Assembly: GCA_041694815.1 (NCBI GenBank)
Contig: JBGFSC010000001.1
Location: 1 to 34,534 of the forward strand
Length of the DNA: 34,534 nucleotides
From: Elusimicrobiota bacterium
GTDB taxonomy: Bacteria > Elusimicrobiota > Elusimicrobia > UBA1565 > JACRDR01
Reading direction: 5' to 3'
Below the pieces are notes generated by a model that saw nothing but the letters and a program-made list of their open reading frames with translations, ran no database searches and was not told the origin of the DNA. Position 1 is the first letter of the stretch. Each line of letters opens with the position of its first letter. Made by a program: the position numbers and the translations under genes. This document shows positions 17,808-26,774 of the stretch, in pieces.

Positions 17808-20341
17808 TGTCCACGTCGATAAACGCGATCGCCGTCCCGCTTTGTGGCCTCCTGTTCGCCGCGCGTCTTACGGCCGCGGCTTTGCCGCCGGGCTGGCGCG
17901 CCGAGCAAGAACTCGGTATGGCCGCCTACGCCGCGGGCGACTATGCCGAGGCCGAGTCGAGGCTCCGCAGGGCGCTGGACGCCGCCGAGGGCCCATCCGG
18001 GCTGGAGCTGGCGGCCGCGCAGAGCCTGCTCGCTCACGCCCTCCATGCCCAAACCAAGGACGAGGGAGCGGAGGCACTGTTCCAGAGTTCCCTGGAATTG
18101 CGCGAGCGCCTGCTCGCTCCGGAGGACCCGCTCGTCGCGGAAAGCCTTAATAACCTGGCGGCCTTCTATGTCGCGAACAGCCATCACCATAAGGCCCAGC
18201 CCCTTTTCGAGCGCAGCCTTAGGATCTTTGAACGACATCCAGGCCTTCCGATCGCGGGGATACTCAATAACCTCGCCTTGAACCTGAAGTTCCTAAACCG
18301 CTTCCGCGAGTCCGAGGAAGCCTACCGCAGAGCCATCCGCATTGCCGAAAGCTCCTCCTACAGCGAGGCCAAGACGGACCTCGCGGTCGCTCTCTCCAAT
18401 CTCGCGGAACTCTACCGGCATGAGAACCGCTACGCCGAGGCCGAGCCGCTGTTCCAACGCGCTATTCGGCTCGACCGTGCCATTTTGGGCGGCGAACATC
18501 CCGATCTCGCGACCCCCCTCGCTAATCTAGGGTTGCTCTACTCGAATTGGGGGCGGTACCCCCAGGCCAAGGGCGCGCTCGAGGAGGCCGTGCGCATCCG
18601 CCGGAGGAAGCTGGGCAACCACCATCGGACGGCCGAGAGCCTCTACCATCTGGCCGATCTCTACGTCCTCACCGGCGATCCGACGGGCGCCGAAGCCCTG
18701 TATTTGGAGGCGATCGAGAGGAAGAAAGCGGCCGGCCCCTGGCGGGCCCACGACGTCTACACGCCGATCAACAAGCTGGCCGCTCTATACGCCTCGCAAG
18801 GGCGGCGTGATCGCGCCGAAGCGCTCTTCCAGGAGGCCCTGTCGGTCCTTGAGCAGGCCCTGGGCCAGGAACACCCCAAGCTCATCGAGAACCTGGCGCC
18901 ACTGGCTGGATTTTATAGGGACTCGGGCCGTCCGCGCGAAGCCGAACTCCTCTACCGTAGGGCGGTGCGCATCGCGGAGAAGCGGCGCGTCGACCAGGCG
19001 CTGACGGGCGGCGCCTATTCCCGCCTCGCCGATTTTTATTTCGACGAACGGCGGCTCTCGGACGCCGAGCGGCAGTACGAGAAGGCCGTCGCGAGCTACG
19101 CGAAGGCTGCGGCGGACGCTTCGCGCCTCCCTTACGGCAGGCCCGACACAGCCGCGAAAGAGTCCGTGCACGCGGCCGGGCGCTACGGCGCATTGACGAG
19201 GAAGAGCCTGCTCGAGCTGGGACGGGCGCGCCGCGCCCGGGGCCTCGTCTCAGAGGCGCTCATCTTCTTCGACGCCGCCGCGCGCTCGCCCCGAGACGAG
19301 CTAGCGCGCGCCGAGGCGCTCAACGAGCTCGGCGGAATATTCTTTGATGACGAGCGCTACGCGGAGGCCATCGATTGCTTCGAGCGCTCGCTTTCGATAT
19401 TCGAGAAGCGCCTGGGCCCGGGCCGCATCGAGCCCGCCGTCGCCCGCAACAATCTAGCCCTGAGCTACCGGGCCGTCGGCGGGCCCTACGCAGGCCGGCA
19501 GGGAGCCCGCCGGCTCCATCGAGCGATGTCCGCCGGGAAATGGGCGGCGGCCGAGCGCCTCTATCAGGAGGCGATCGTGGCGGCCGACCGTTCGGGGGGT
19601 CCTAAAAGCCCGGACGCGGGGGTGTTCCGGGTAAACCTGGCCGAGCTCTACCGCGCGCAAGGCCGCCACCGCGAGGCCGAACCGCTCTATCTGCGGGGGA
19701 TCGCCATCGAGGAAGACGCGCTCGGCAAGAACCATCCCGACGTCGCCTTCAGCCTCGCCAATCTGGCCGCGCTCTATGTCGAATCTTCCCGCCCCCAACG
19801 CGCCATCCCCCTGCTGGAGCGGGTCTTGTCGATGCGTGAGAAGGCCTTGGGCGCGCATCATTGGACCGCGGTCGCCGCCCATATGCTTGCCGACGCCTAC
19901 GCCGCCGTGGGCGACAGCGAACGCGCCGAGCGCCTCTACCGGCGCTCCCTCCGGCTGGAACGTTCGGCGCGGCCCGGGCACAAATACGCCTTCTCGATCC
20001 TCAACCGCCTGGGATCGCTCTATCGCTCGGCCAAACGCTACGGCGACTCGGAGCGGACCTTCAAGGAATCCCTTTCCTTCCTGGAGAGCACCGTCGGTCC
20101 GGAGAACCCGAATATAGCCGACACCCTGATCCTGCTGAGCGCGGTCTATAGCGAACAGGGGCTGCACGCCGAGGCACGTCGGCACCGGGAGCGGGCCGCG
20201 GCCATTTACCAAGAGCGGTTAGGCCCGGACGAGCGCACGGCGGCGGCCTACCAACTCATGGCCGAGAGCTGCCAGGCCCTGGGGGACGGCGCGGCCGCGG
20301 AGTCGGCACGCCGGCGCGCGGCGGCCCTCAAGCCTCAATAG
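17807..20341 (+). CDS. Large exported TPR protein (42-aa repeats, internally duplicated block)
   Basis: Signal-like AIAVPLCGLLFAARLTAAA and many LNNLA/HPD repeats. Paralogous to 4289-5821. Start codon uncertain. Confidence 0.92.
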   Translation: MSTSINAIAVPLCGLLFAARLTAAALPPGWRAEQELGMAAYAAGDYAEAESRLRRALDAAEGPSGLELAAAQSLLAHALHAQTKDEGAEALFQSSLELRERLLAPEDPLVAESLNNLAAFYVANSHHHKAQPLFERSLRIFERHPGLPIAGILNNLALNLKFLNRFRESEEAYRRAIRIAESSSYSEAKTDLAVALSNLAELYRHENRYAEAEPLFQRAIRLDRAILGGEHPDLATPLANLGLLYSNWGRYPQAKGALEEAVRIRRRKLGNHHRTAESLYHLADLYVLTGDPTGAEALYLEAIERKKAAGPWRAHDVYTPINKLAALYASQGRRDRAEALFQEALSVLEQALGQEHPKLIENLAPLAGFYRDSGRPREAELLYRRAVRIAEKRRVDQALTGGAYSRLADFYFDERRLSDAERQYEKAVASYAKAAADASRLPYGRPDTAAKESVHAAGRYGALTRKSLLELGRARRARGLVSEALIFFDAAARSPRDELARAEALNELGGIFFDDERYAEAIDCFERSLSIFEKRLGPGRIEPAVARNNLALSYRAVGGPYAGRQGARRLHRAMSAGKWAAAERLYQEAIVAADRSGGPKSPDAGVFRVNLAELYRAQGRHREAEPLYLRGIAIEEDALGKNHPDVAFSLANLAALYVESSRPQRAIPLLERVLSMREKALGAHHWTAVAAHMLADAYAAVGDSERAERLYRRSLRLERSARPGHKYAFSILNRLGSLYRSAKRYGDSERTFKESLSFLESTVGPENPNIADTLILLSAVYSEQGLHAEARRHRERAAAIYQERLGPDERTAAAYQLMAESCQALGDGAAAESARRRAAALKPQ

Positions 20342-21921
20342 AGGCGGTAGAGCCAATAGACCGCGTCGCCCGCGCGGTTGTAGAAGACCTTCTCCACCGA
20401 CTCCTTCCGGCCGTCCCGGCGGGCGACTACGATCAAGCGCTTCATGCGCTCGCGGCTCTCGTACTCCGAGCCGGCGTAGATCAGGTGGACCGGCCCCTTC
20501 GCCGCTTGAAGGCGGTATGCCTCCGCCAACGACTGCTCCGATTCCGCCTCGCAGACGATCGGCACCACGGCCCTCCGCGTGAGGAAGGCCACGTTCTCCC
20601 GAAGCGCGAAACCGAAAGTCACCGGCGCTGGTATCCGGCGCTCGGCCAGGTACCCCGCCAGCTCCTCGACGGCGACGGACCAGCGCCCATAGCCCCCCGT
20701 GCGGACCATCTCCGACCGGAAATGGAGGTTGGTGTGCGCGTTGACTAGGATCAGGAAGGCCGGCGCCAGCGCCCCGGCACGCGGAAGGAGTCGATCGACG
20801 ATCAGGCCGAGCGCCAGGTGCGGAAGCGGGTAGATCATCAGCAGATGGATGGGATCGAGGCTGCTGATCGTAAAAGGCGTCTGCAGGAACACCAGCAGAT
20901 AAAATAGATAGATGGACAGGACCTTCCGGCGATAGGGCTCGAGATGCCCTCGCAGGGCAAGAATCGGCGCGGCGGCCAAGGCCAGCGCCAACAGGAACCC
21001 CGTCGCAGGCGCCAGCGGCTCCAGCAGGCCGCTCTCGAGCACGCCCCATTCGCGGCGCTCGCCGGCGTATCCTCCCAACAGGTCCATCAGCTGGCCGGCG
21101 CGCGCGGCCAAGTTCGGCAGGTATCGCAGATTGTCGACGCCGGTCTTGGTCGCCCGGGGATCCAACAGGCAGTCGAGCAGCAGCCGTACGGTCGGCAAGC
21201 CGTTGCGCAGGTTGTAGAGGATCAGAGAGCCGCTTCCCGCGCAGAAGGACAAGAAAGCCAAAGCGACGTTCCTGCGACCCATGAGAGAACGCAGGCGCCG
21301 GGAAAGAACGGCCGCGGCGAAAAGGGCGCCGGCATGCCACCAAAAGGTGAGCTTGAGGCTGGCTCCCAGCCCCAAGGCGAAGCTTCCGGCGCACAAAAAC
21401 GCCGGCCGCCCGCTGGCGAGGAAGCGCTGCGACAAGAACGCGGCCAAGATGAGAAAAAAGAGGCAGAGAATCTCCTCGCGGTGATAAAGGCGGCCCTGCT
21501 GCACGAAGGAGACGTCGCAAGCGAGCAGAAGGGAAGTCCAGAACGCCGTCCGCGCGTTGAACACCGCCTCCAACAGCTTGAACAAAAGCAAGAGCGTGAG
21601 CGCCGAGAGCAGGACCACCGGCAGCCTCATCGCCAGCGGGCCGGGCCCGAGGAGCCGGATGAAAGGCGCCAGCACGTACTGCATGACCGCGCCTACGATG
21701 AACTCGGACTGTATCGGCCATACGCGGCCGAAGAGTATGGCGAAATCATCCGGAGGAAGGGTCCGATCGACCGGGGGTTCAGCCAATACGTAGCTGGCCG
21801 AGATCCCGTTGGCCCCCTCGTCGATATGCAATCCTGGGTATTGGAGCTTCGGCAAGGCCAGGGACAAGAATAAGAGCGCCGGCGCCAGAGGGGCCAACCT
21901 CCGGAATATGCCGCCTTTCAT
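20335..21921 (-). CDS. GT-C fold membrane glycosyltransferase (ArnT/PMT-like)
   Basis: PGLHIDEGANG loop, RLPVVLLS, HREE, LKLTF, many TM helices. ATGA overlap with the methyltransferase. Confidence 0.88.
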   Translation of the reverse strand: MKGGIFRRLAPLAPALLFLSLALPKLQYPGLHIDEGANGISASYVLAEPPVDRTLPPDDFAILFGRVWPIQSEFIVGAVMQYVLAPFIRLLGPGPLAMRLPVVLLSALTLLLLFKLLEAVFNARTAFWTSLLLACDVSFVQQGRLYHREEILCLFFLILAAFLSQRFLASGRPAFLCAGSFALGLGASLKLTFWWHAGALFAAAVLSRRLRSLMGRRNVALAFLSFCAGSGSLILYNLRNGLPTVRLLLDCLLDPRATKTGVDNLRYLPNLAARAGQLMDLLGGYAGERREWGVLESGLLEPLAPATGFLLALALAAAPILALRGHLEPYRRKVLSIYLFYLLVFLQTPFTISSLDPIHLLMIYPLPHLALGLIVDRLLPRAGALAPAFLILVNAHTNLHFRSEMVRTGGYGRWSVAVEELAGYLAERRIPAPVTFGFALRENVAFLTRRAVVPIVCEAESEQSLAEAYRLQAAKGPVHLIYAGSEYESRERMKRLIVVARRDGRKESVEKVFYNRAGDAVYWLYRLY

Positions 21922-22577
21922 GCCGCCTCCAGAACGTAGGTCGTGTGGCGGGAGCCGAAAGCCGAGAAACCGATCCGCTGCGAGACCTTAAACCCGCAGC
22001 CCGCGAACAGCGCCCCTAACCGATGTGGGCCGGCGTACGGCGGACCCTCCCCGTACAGCAGCCAATCGATGGCCAGCTCCATGACGCGTTGAGGGGCCGA
22101 CCCGGGGTCGACCTCAACGACCAGCACCTTGCCGCCCGGCTGGACCTTCCGCCGCAGGATGCCGAGCACGCAGGCCTGCCGCGCGGCCGGGATATGATGC
22201 AGGACGTCGAGCATCAGAGCGTACCGAAAGGGCGGCACGCCGGGATCTTCCGCGAGCATGGCCAACGCCTTAAGGTTGGGCAGATGCGAACCGCAGCGCC
22301 GGAGCGCGCCGATCCGGTCGGCTCGGGCGTCGACGCCGATGCATTCCTGCCCCGGGCGAAGTTCGGCGAAGAAATGCGCGAGGTACCCGTAGCCGCAGCC
22401 TAGGTCCGCGAATGGACCGTCGTCGCCGACGTACCGCAGAATGCCGCTCCTCTCTAGCACCCTCCTCTTGTACCCAAGCAGAAATCGGTGCACCAGGCCT
22501 TCCTGCTTGTATCGCGTCTCCGTGCGACGCCACGCCGCGACGGCGTCGGCCTCGGCGAGAGCCGCCGGCGGCGTCAC
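21918..22577 (-). CDS. Class I SAM-dependent methyltransferase
   Basis: ADLGCGYG, IGVD, LDVLHHIP, VQPGGKVLVVE. GTG 22577 has an AGAGGAG SD and a GTGA overlap. Confidence 0.9.
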   Translation of the reverse strand: MTPPAALAEADAVAAWRRTETRYKQEGLVHRFLLGYKRRVLERSGILRYVGDDGPFADLGCGYGYLAHFFAELRPGQECIGVDARADRIGALRRCGSHLPNLKALAMLAEDPGVPPFRYALMLDVLHHIPAARQACVLGILRRKVQPGGKVLVVEVDPGSAPQRVMELAIDWLLYGEGPPYAGPHRLGALFAGCGFKVSQRIGFSAFGSRHTTYVLEAA

Positions 22578-23746
22578 GGCCTCTCCTCGAGAAGCGCGCG
22601 GCCCACAGCTGCGGCGATCACGCCGTAGCCCGCCTCGTTCGGGTGGCCTTCCTCGGGAGGATCGCGGTCGCCGATGAACCACCTATAGGGAGCGCCGCCT
22701 CGCAGCAGAGGCTCGAAGGCGGCATGGGTGTCGATGAATCCACAGCCCTCCATCGCGCAGATAGCAGACAGAGACGCCTGCTCGATCCGCGGATAATTGG
22801 CCATATAAACGCGAACACCGGATTTGCTCGCCAGGCGGACGGCCTTGACGACATTAGACTGAAACAGCCTCTCGATGGCGGCCTGCTCGGGCGGGAGTGT
22901 TTCGCCCAGCTCGACCAAGATGTTCGATCGCAGCTGCAGCCCATGCTTGATCCACGGCTGTCGGGGATCGGATCGAGACACGCGGAGAAACGCCTCGACG
23001 CTCGCTCGGGCCTGCTCTAGCTTCGCGCGACTCTTCAGCCTGAGGCCCAGGCGCTCCTGAACCTCCGCCAGGTAATAGAAACCATCGGGAACGCCGGGAT
23101 AGGTCTTCACGACTTGATGAAGCATCCTCTCGGCTTCCCGCAGGCGCCCGGCTTCCGCCAGCGCCTTATAGCGGCCGACTGGGTCTCCGGCGTCGGGAGG
23201 ATAGGAGACTCTTCTGGACCGACGCCCATAGCGCAAAACAGGCCATGCCGTACGAACGATTTTATAGAGCCGCCATGTCCGGATGTTTCTTAGAAACGAC
23301 GCCCCGGCGGCTCTGGCTCCCGACGCCGGCGCGAAAAGAAAATAATCGCTGCCGACGAGCTGGCTGGATTCGTTATTCCCAATCATTGTGACCAGGATTT
23401 CAGGGCGATACTTTCTCAACAAAAATGGAAGGCGCTCGAGAAGCTGCGAGCTGTTGAGTCCCGATTCCCCTTCGTTGTATACCCTGTAAGCGTTTGGAAG
23501 ACGCCGATCTAAAAAGATCTGTAACTGAGCAGGGTAACTTAGGTATGAGGATACTCCGTGTCCGAACGTGAACGAGTCCCCGATACACAATACGACCCGC
23601 TGGCCTGGCGATACGGCAACAGTGTTGGCGCGCAGGCGAATGCGGGCGTAAGCCGCGCCGCAAAGCCTTAGCGCGCCTTCGAGGGCTAAGATGGCAAGGA
23701 TCGCCGCCAAGACAACCATCGCCGCGCGTGCCGCTGCTCGGCTCAC
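22574..23746 (-). CDS. Membrane-anchored SGNH/GDSL-fold protein with inserted TPR
   Basis: TM anchor, LCIGDSFTFG, NEGESGLNS, MIGNNE, TPR, EEGHPNEAGY. GTG 23746 overlaps the upstream stop. Confidence 0.9.
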   Translation of the reverse strand: MSRAAARAAMVVLAAILAILALEGALRLCGAAYARIRLRANTVAVSPGQRVVLCIGDSFTFGHGVSSYLSYPAQLQIFLDRRLPNAYRVYNEGESGLNSSQLLERLPFLLRKYRPEILVTMIGNNESSQLVGSDYFLFAPASGARAAGASFLRNIRTWRLYKIVRTAWPVLRYGRRSRRVSYPPDAGDPVGRYKALAEAGRLREAERMLHQVVKTYPGVPDGFYYLAEVQERLGLRLKSRAKLEQARASVEAFLRVSRSDPRQPWIKHGLQLRSNILVELGETLPPEQAAIERLFQSNVVKAVRLASKSGVRVYMANYPRIEQASLSAICAMEGCGFIDTHAAFEPLLRGGAPYRWFIGDRDPPEEGHPNEAGYGVIAAAVGRALLEERP

Positions 23747-25362
23747 GGCGCCTTCCGGGCCAGCTCGAAGACCCAATAGACCGGCCGGCCGGCCCCGTTG
23801 ACGAAGGTCTTGACAAGCCGGCTGCGCCTTCCCCGCCTCTCGCCGAACTCTAGGAATTGCCTCCAACGCGAAGCGCTCTCATCGTCGGAGGCGGCCCACA
23901 GCACGAATAGACGGCCATGCGTGGCGGAGCGCTCGAACGCCTCGGCGATCCTCGCGGGGGCGTCTTCCCGGCAGATAACCGGGACGACCCGGCCACCGGT
24001 CAAATAGGCGAGGTTCTCCCGCAAGGCGAAGCCGAACATCACCGGCGCGTCGATGCGCGACTCCGAAAGGAAGCGCGCCAGCTCATAGACGCCCGCCGAC
24101 CAGCGTCCGCGTCCGCCGTCGGCCCGCATCCCGCTTAAGAAATGCGCGTTCGTCCAGGCGTTGAACGCCAGCACGGCCGCGAACGCGGCGCCCGCCAGGG
24201 CCTTCGCCGCGGGCTTGGCGCCGGCCCGGTCCAGGCACAGCCCCAGCGCCAGCTGCGGCAGCGGCAGCAGCACCAGCAGATGCCCGGGATCCAGCGTGCT
24301 GACGGTAAACGGCGTCTGCAAAAAGACGACCACATAGAACGCCAGCAGGAAACGCAGCCGACGGCCGGCCTTCGATTCCCGGTCACGCCACGCCTGGTAG
24401 GCGACGCATGACAACGCCGCAGACGCCGCGATCGCCAGACAATAGCCACCCGCCCGAAGCCCCCAGCTTTCCACGACCCCCCAATCCCTCGCCGGCCCTA
24501 TCGCCCCGGCAAGCAGACCGATCGACTGCCTTGTCCTTTCCACCAAATGGGGCAGATAGCGGAGATTGACCACCCCGCCCTTGGGAACGCCATCCACGGC
24601 GGTCGGCGCCGCTAGCGAATTGAGCAAAAGGGCCAGACTGGGCCAGCCGTGGCGCAGGTTGTAGATTAAAAAGAAAGCGGATCCCAGCGCGAAAAAACCG
24701 ATCCCCTCGCGCAAGAGCAGCGGATTGCGGAGCAGGCCCGACAATCGCCGCGTGGCCGCCAACGCGGCCGCCAACGCGACGAGATACCAAAGGAAGGTTA
24801 TCTTGGCCGCGAATCCAAGGCCGAGCGACAAGCAGCCGAGCCTGATGGAAGCCGCGCGCTTGTTCTCCGCGTAATCCGAGAAGCAGGCCAACGCCGCCCA
24901 CAGGAAGCAGATGGAGAAAATCTCCTCGCGATGAAAGGCGATCCGGCTATATTGCACGAAGGCCGGGCTCGTCGCTAATGCCGAGGCCGCCAGGAGGGCG
25001 GCTCTCTTCCCAAAGGAATCCCGCGCGAAGCGATAGAAGCAGAGAAGCCCCGCCGCCGACAACAGCACGCACGGAAGCCGGACGGCGTAGGGCGTGGGTC
25101 CCAGCCACCGGACGAACGGCATCACAAAATAATGCAGAACGGCGCCGACATAGTGCTCGGATTGCAGTGGGAATACCCGCCCGCCCAGCTCCAGCCAATC
25201 GTTCATCATGAGGGGACGGAAAGCTCCGGCCGCGGCCATCACGTACCCGGCGGTCAGCCCATTGGCGCCCTCGTCCATGTGCAGGCCGGGAAGATCGAGG
25301 TTCGGGAGAGAGAGCGCCAGGAAGAGCGCGGCAGCCGACAGCGCGGGAAGGGCTCGCCTCAC
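23743..25362 (-). CDS. GT-C fold membrane glycosyltransferase (ArnT/PMT-like)
   Basis: PGLHMDEGANG, RLPCVLLS, HREE, AKITF. Close paralog of 20335-21921. GTG 25362 overlaps the radical SAM stop. Confidence 0.88.
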   Translation of the reverse strand: MRRALPALSAAALFLALSLPNLDLPGLHMDEGANGLTAGYVMAAAGAFRPLMMNDWLELGGRVFPLQSEHYVGAVLHYFVMPFVRWLGPTPYAVRLPCVLLSAAGLLCFYRFARDSFGKRAALLAASALATSPAFVQYSRIAFHREEIFSICFLWAALACFSDYAENKRAASIRLGCLSLGLGFAAKITFLWYLVALAAALAATRRLSGLLRNPLLLREGIGFFALGSAFFLIYNLRHGWPSLALLLNSLAAPTAVDGVPKGGVVNLRYLPHLVERTRQSIGLLAGAIGPARDWGVVESWGLRAGGYCLAIAASAALSCVAYQAWRDRESKAGRRLRFLLAFYVVVFLQTPFTVSTLDPGHLLVLLPLPQLALGLCLDRAGAKPAAKALAGAAFAAVLAFNAWTNAHFLSGMRADGGRGRWSAGVYELARFLSESRIDAPVMFGFALRENLAYLTGGRVVPVICREDAPARIAEAFERSATHGRLFVLWAASDDESASRWRQFLEFGERRGRRSRLVKTFVNGAGRPVYWVFELARKAP

Positions 25363-26741
25363 AGGCAATGGGACAGGACGCTCCAAGTAGCCCGCACGGT
25401 CTCGTAGAACTGGCGAAGGCTGCGCACGCGCAGCAGCGTCTTGAGCATATACGACGGCCGTCCGTAAAAGCCGGCCGTGGCCCTGCGCAATAGGCGCTGC
25501 AGCTCCCGCTCCCCGAGCTCGGGTGTGAGGCTGAGGGAAGCACGGCTCCGATTGAAATGGCGGTAGCCACCGTCGATGCGCCCCGCGGCGATGCTCTCGT
25601 GGCGCAGCCGGGTGCCATAGTCCGGCGAGGCGACCGCGAAGGAGGCGTAGTCGATCCCTGACCTTCGCGAGAACTCTATGGTCCGCGCCATTGACTCCCT
25701 GCTTTCGCCGGGCAGGCCCAAGATGAAATAGCCGGCCACCTGGATCCCCTTTTTCCGGCACAGCCCGATCGCCCGCAGGGCCTGCTCCCGCGTCACTTCC
25801 TTCTCGTAATGGCTAAGGACCTCCTCGTTGGCGGACTCCAGACCGAAGGCCACGCAGGTGCAGCCCGAGGCGCGCATCCGCTCTGCCAAATCCTCGTCGA
25901 TAACGTCGACCCGACTGTTGCAGGACCACGCGAAGCCGCGCCGCGCGACGGCGCCGCAGAAGGCCCGCGCGTGCGCCGGAGCCGCCCCGAAGAGCGGGTC
26001 GCGGAGATAAAGCTCACGGACGCCCAAGGCCTTAAGATAGTCGAGCTCCTCCTCGATCGAGGCGAGGGGCCTGAGCCGATAGCCCATGACCGTGCGGTTC
26101 TGAATACAGTAGGAGCAGGTGAAGGGGCAGCCCAGGCTGGTCAGCACGGTCGCGACCGGGTATCGCCTCACGTAGGGGATCCTATACGAGCGCAGCGGGA
26201 AAAGCTCGTGGCGGGGAAGGGGGAAATCCAAGGACGGGGACCGGCGCTCATCGCGGCAGTCGATGATGCGCTCGCCCTCCCGGTACGCAACGGCGCCCAA
26301 GCGCCCCGCCGCTCCTTGAAAATACTCGGCCAACGACGGCGAGGTGAAATCGGCCGCCAAGGCCCCCAGCCACGGATGAAGCGAGAGGAGCCACGGCTCC
26401 GTGTCGAGGCAGAGGTCTCCGCTAACGGCGATGCGGCAGCCGCGCACACGGTTGATCTCGCGCAGAAATTCCATGTCCTTGGGCCAAGACGCGGAGCCGC
26501 TCAACGACAGGACGGCGTCGGGCCTGGCCTCCAGGACCTTGCGCAGGGCGGCCCGCCGGGAGAGGCCGCAAGCCGCCGCGTCGACGACGGTCAGCTGGAA
26601 GCTCTCCGCCAGCCGCCCGCTGGCGGCCAAGAGGTCGATCGGCGCCCAGCAATAATTGCCTTTCGAGCTGATGCTGCAATAGAGGTCGCGGATGTGGACC
26701 CCGTCGGAGGGAGGGTTCAGCAGGACGAGGGAAGGCTTCAC
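25359..26741 (-). CDS. Radical SAM protein with divergent cobalamin-binding-like N-terminal domain
   Basis: VLLNPP, WAPIDL, SLGCPFTCSYC, RDPLFG, SRVD, FGLESAN, YFILGLPGES. The usual GGxH and GEGE motifs are not evident. Confidence 0.9.
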   Translation of the reverse strand: MKPSLVLLNPPSDGVHIRDLYCSISSKGNYCWAPIDLLAASGRLAESFQLTVVDAAACGLSRRAALRKVLEARPDAVLSLSGSASWPKDMEFLREINRVRGCRIAVSGDLCLDTEPWLLSLHPWLGALAADFTSPSLAEYFQGAAGRLGAVAYREGERIIDCRDERRSPSLDFPLPRHELFPLRSYRIPYVRRYPVATVLTSLGCPFTCSYCIQNRTVMGYRLRPLASIEEELDYLKALGVRELYLRDPLFGAAPAHARAFCGAVARRGFAWSCNSRVDVIDEDLAERMRASGCTCVAFGLESANEEVLSHYEKEVTREQALRAIGLCRKKGIQVAGYFILGLPGESRESMARTIEFSRRSGIDYASFAVASPDYGTRLRHESIAAGRIDGGYRHFNRSRASLSLTPELGERELQRLLRRATAGFYGRPSYMLKTLLRVRSLRQFYETVRATWSVLSHCL

Positions 26742-26774
26742 GGTATCAACGTATCATAATGCGAAAAGGACGCG

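Noticed and set aside
4289..20341. TPR arrays as NLR-like or CHAT/caspase-linked defence proteins
   Set aside because: No NB-ARC/NACHT, CHAT, TIR or nuclease domain was seen, and the proteins carry export-like N-termini.
11739..26741. Specific gene symbols (hpnP, hpnJ, bchE) for the B12 radical SAMs
   Set aside because: Only superfamily motifs are visible, and there are no hopanoid or bacteriochlorophyll genes in the window.
26741..26762. GTATCA repeated twice upstream of a radical SAM gene, loosely like the 17784 element
   Set aside because: Too short to separate from chance or from a simple TATGAT -10 element.
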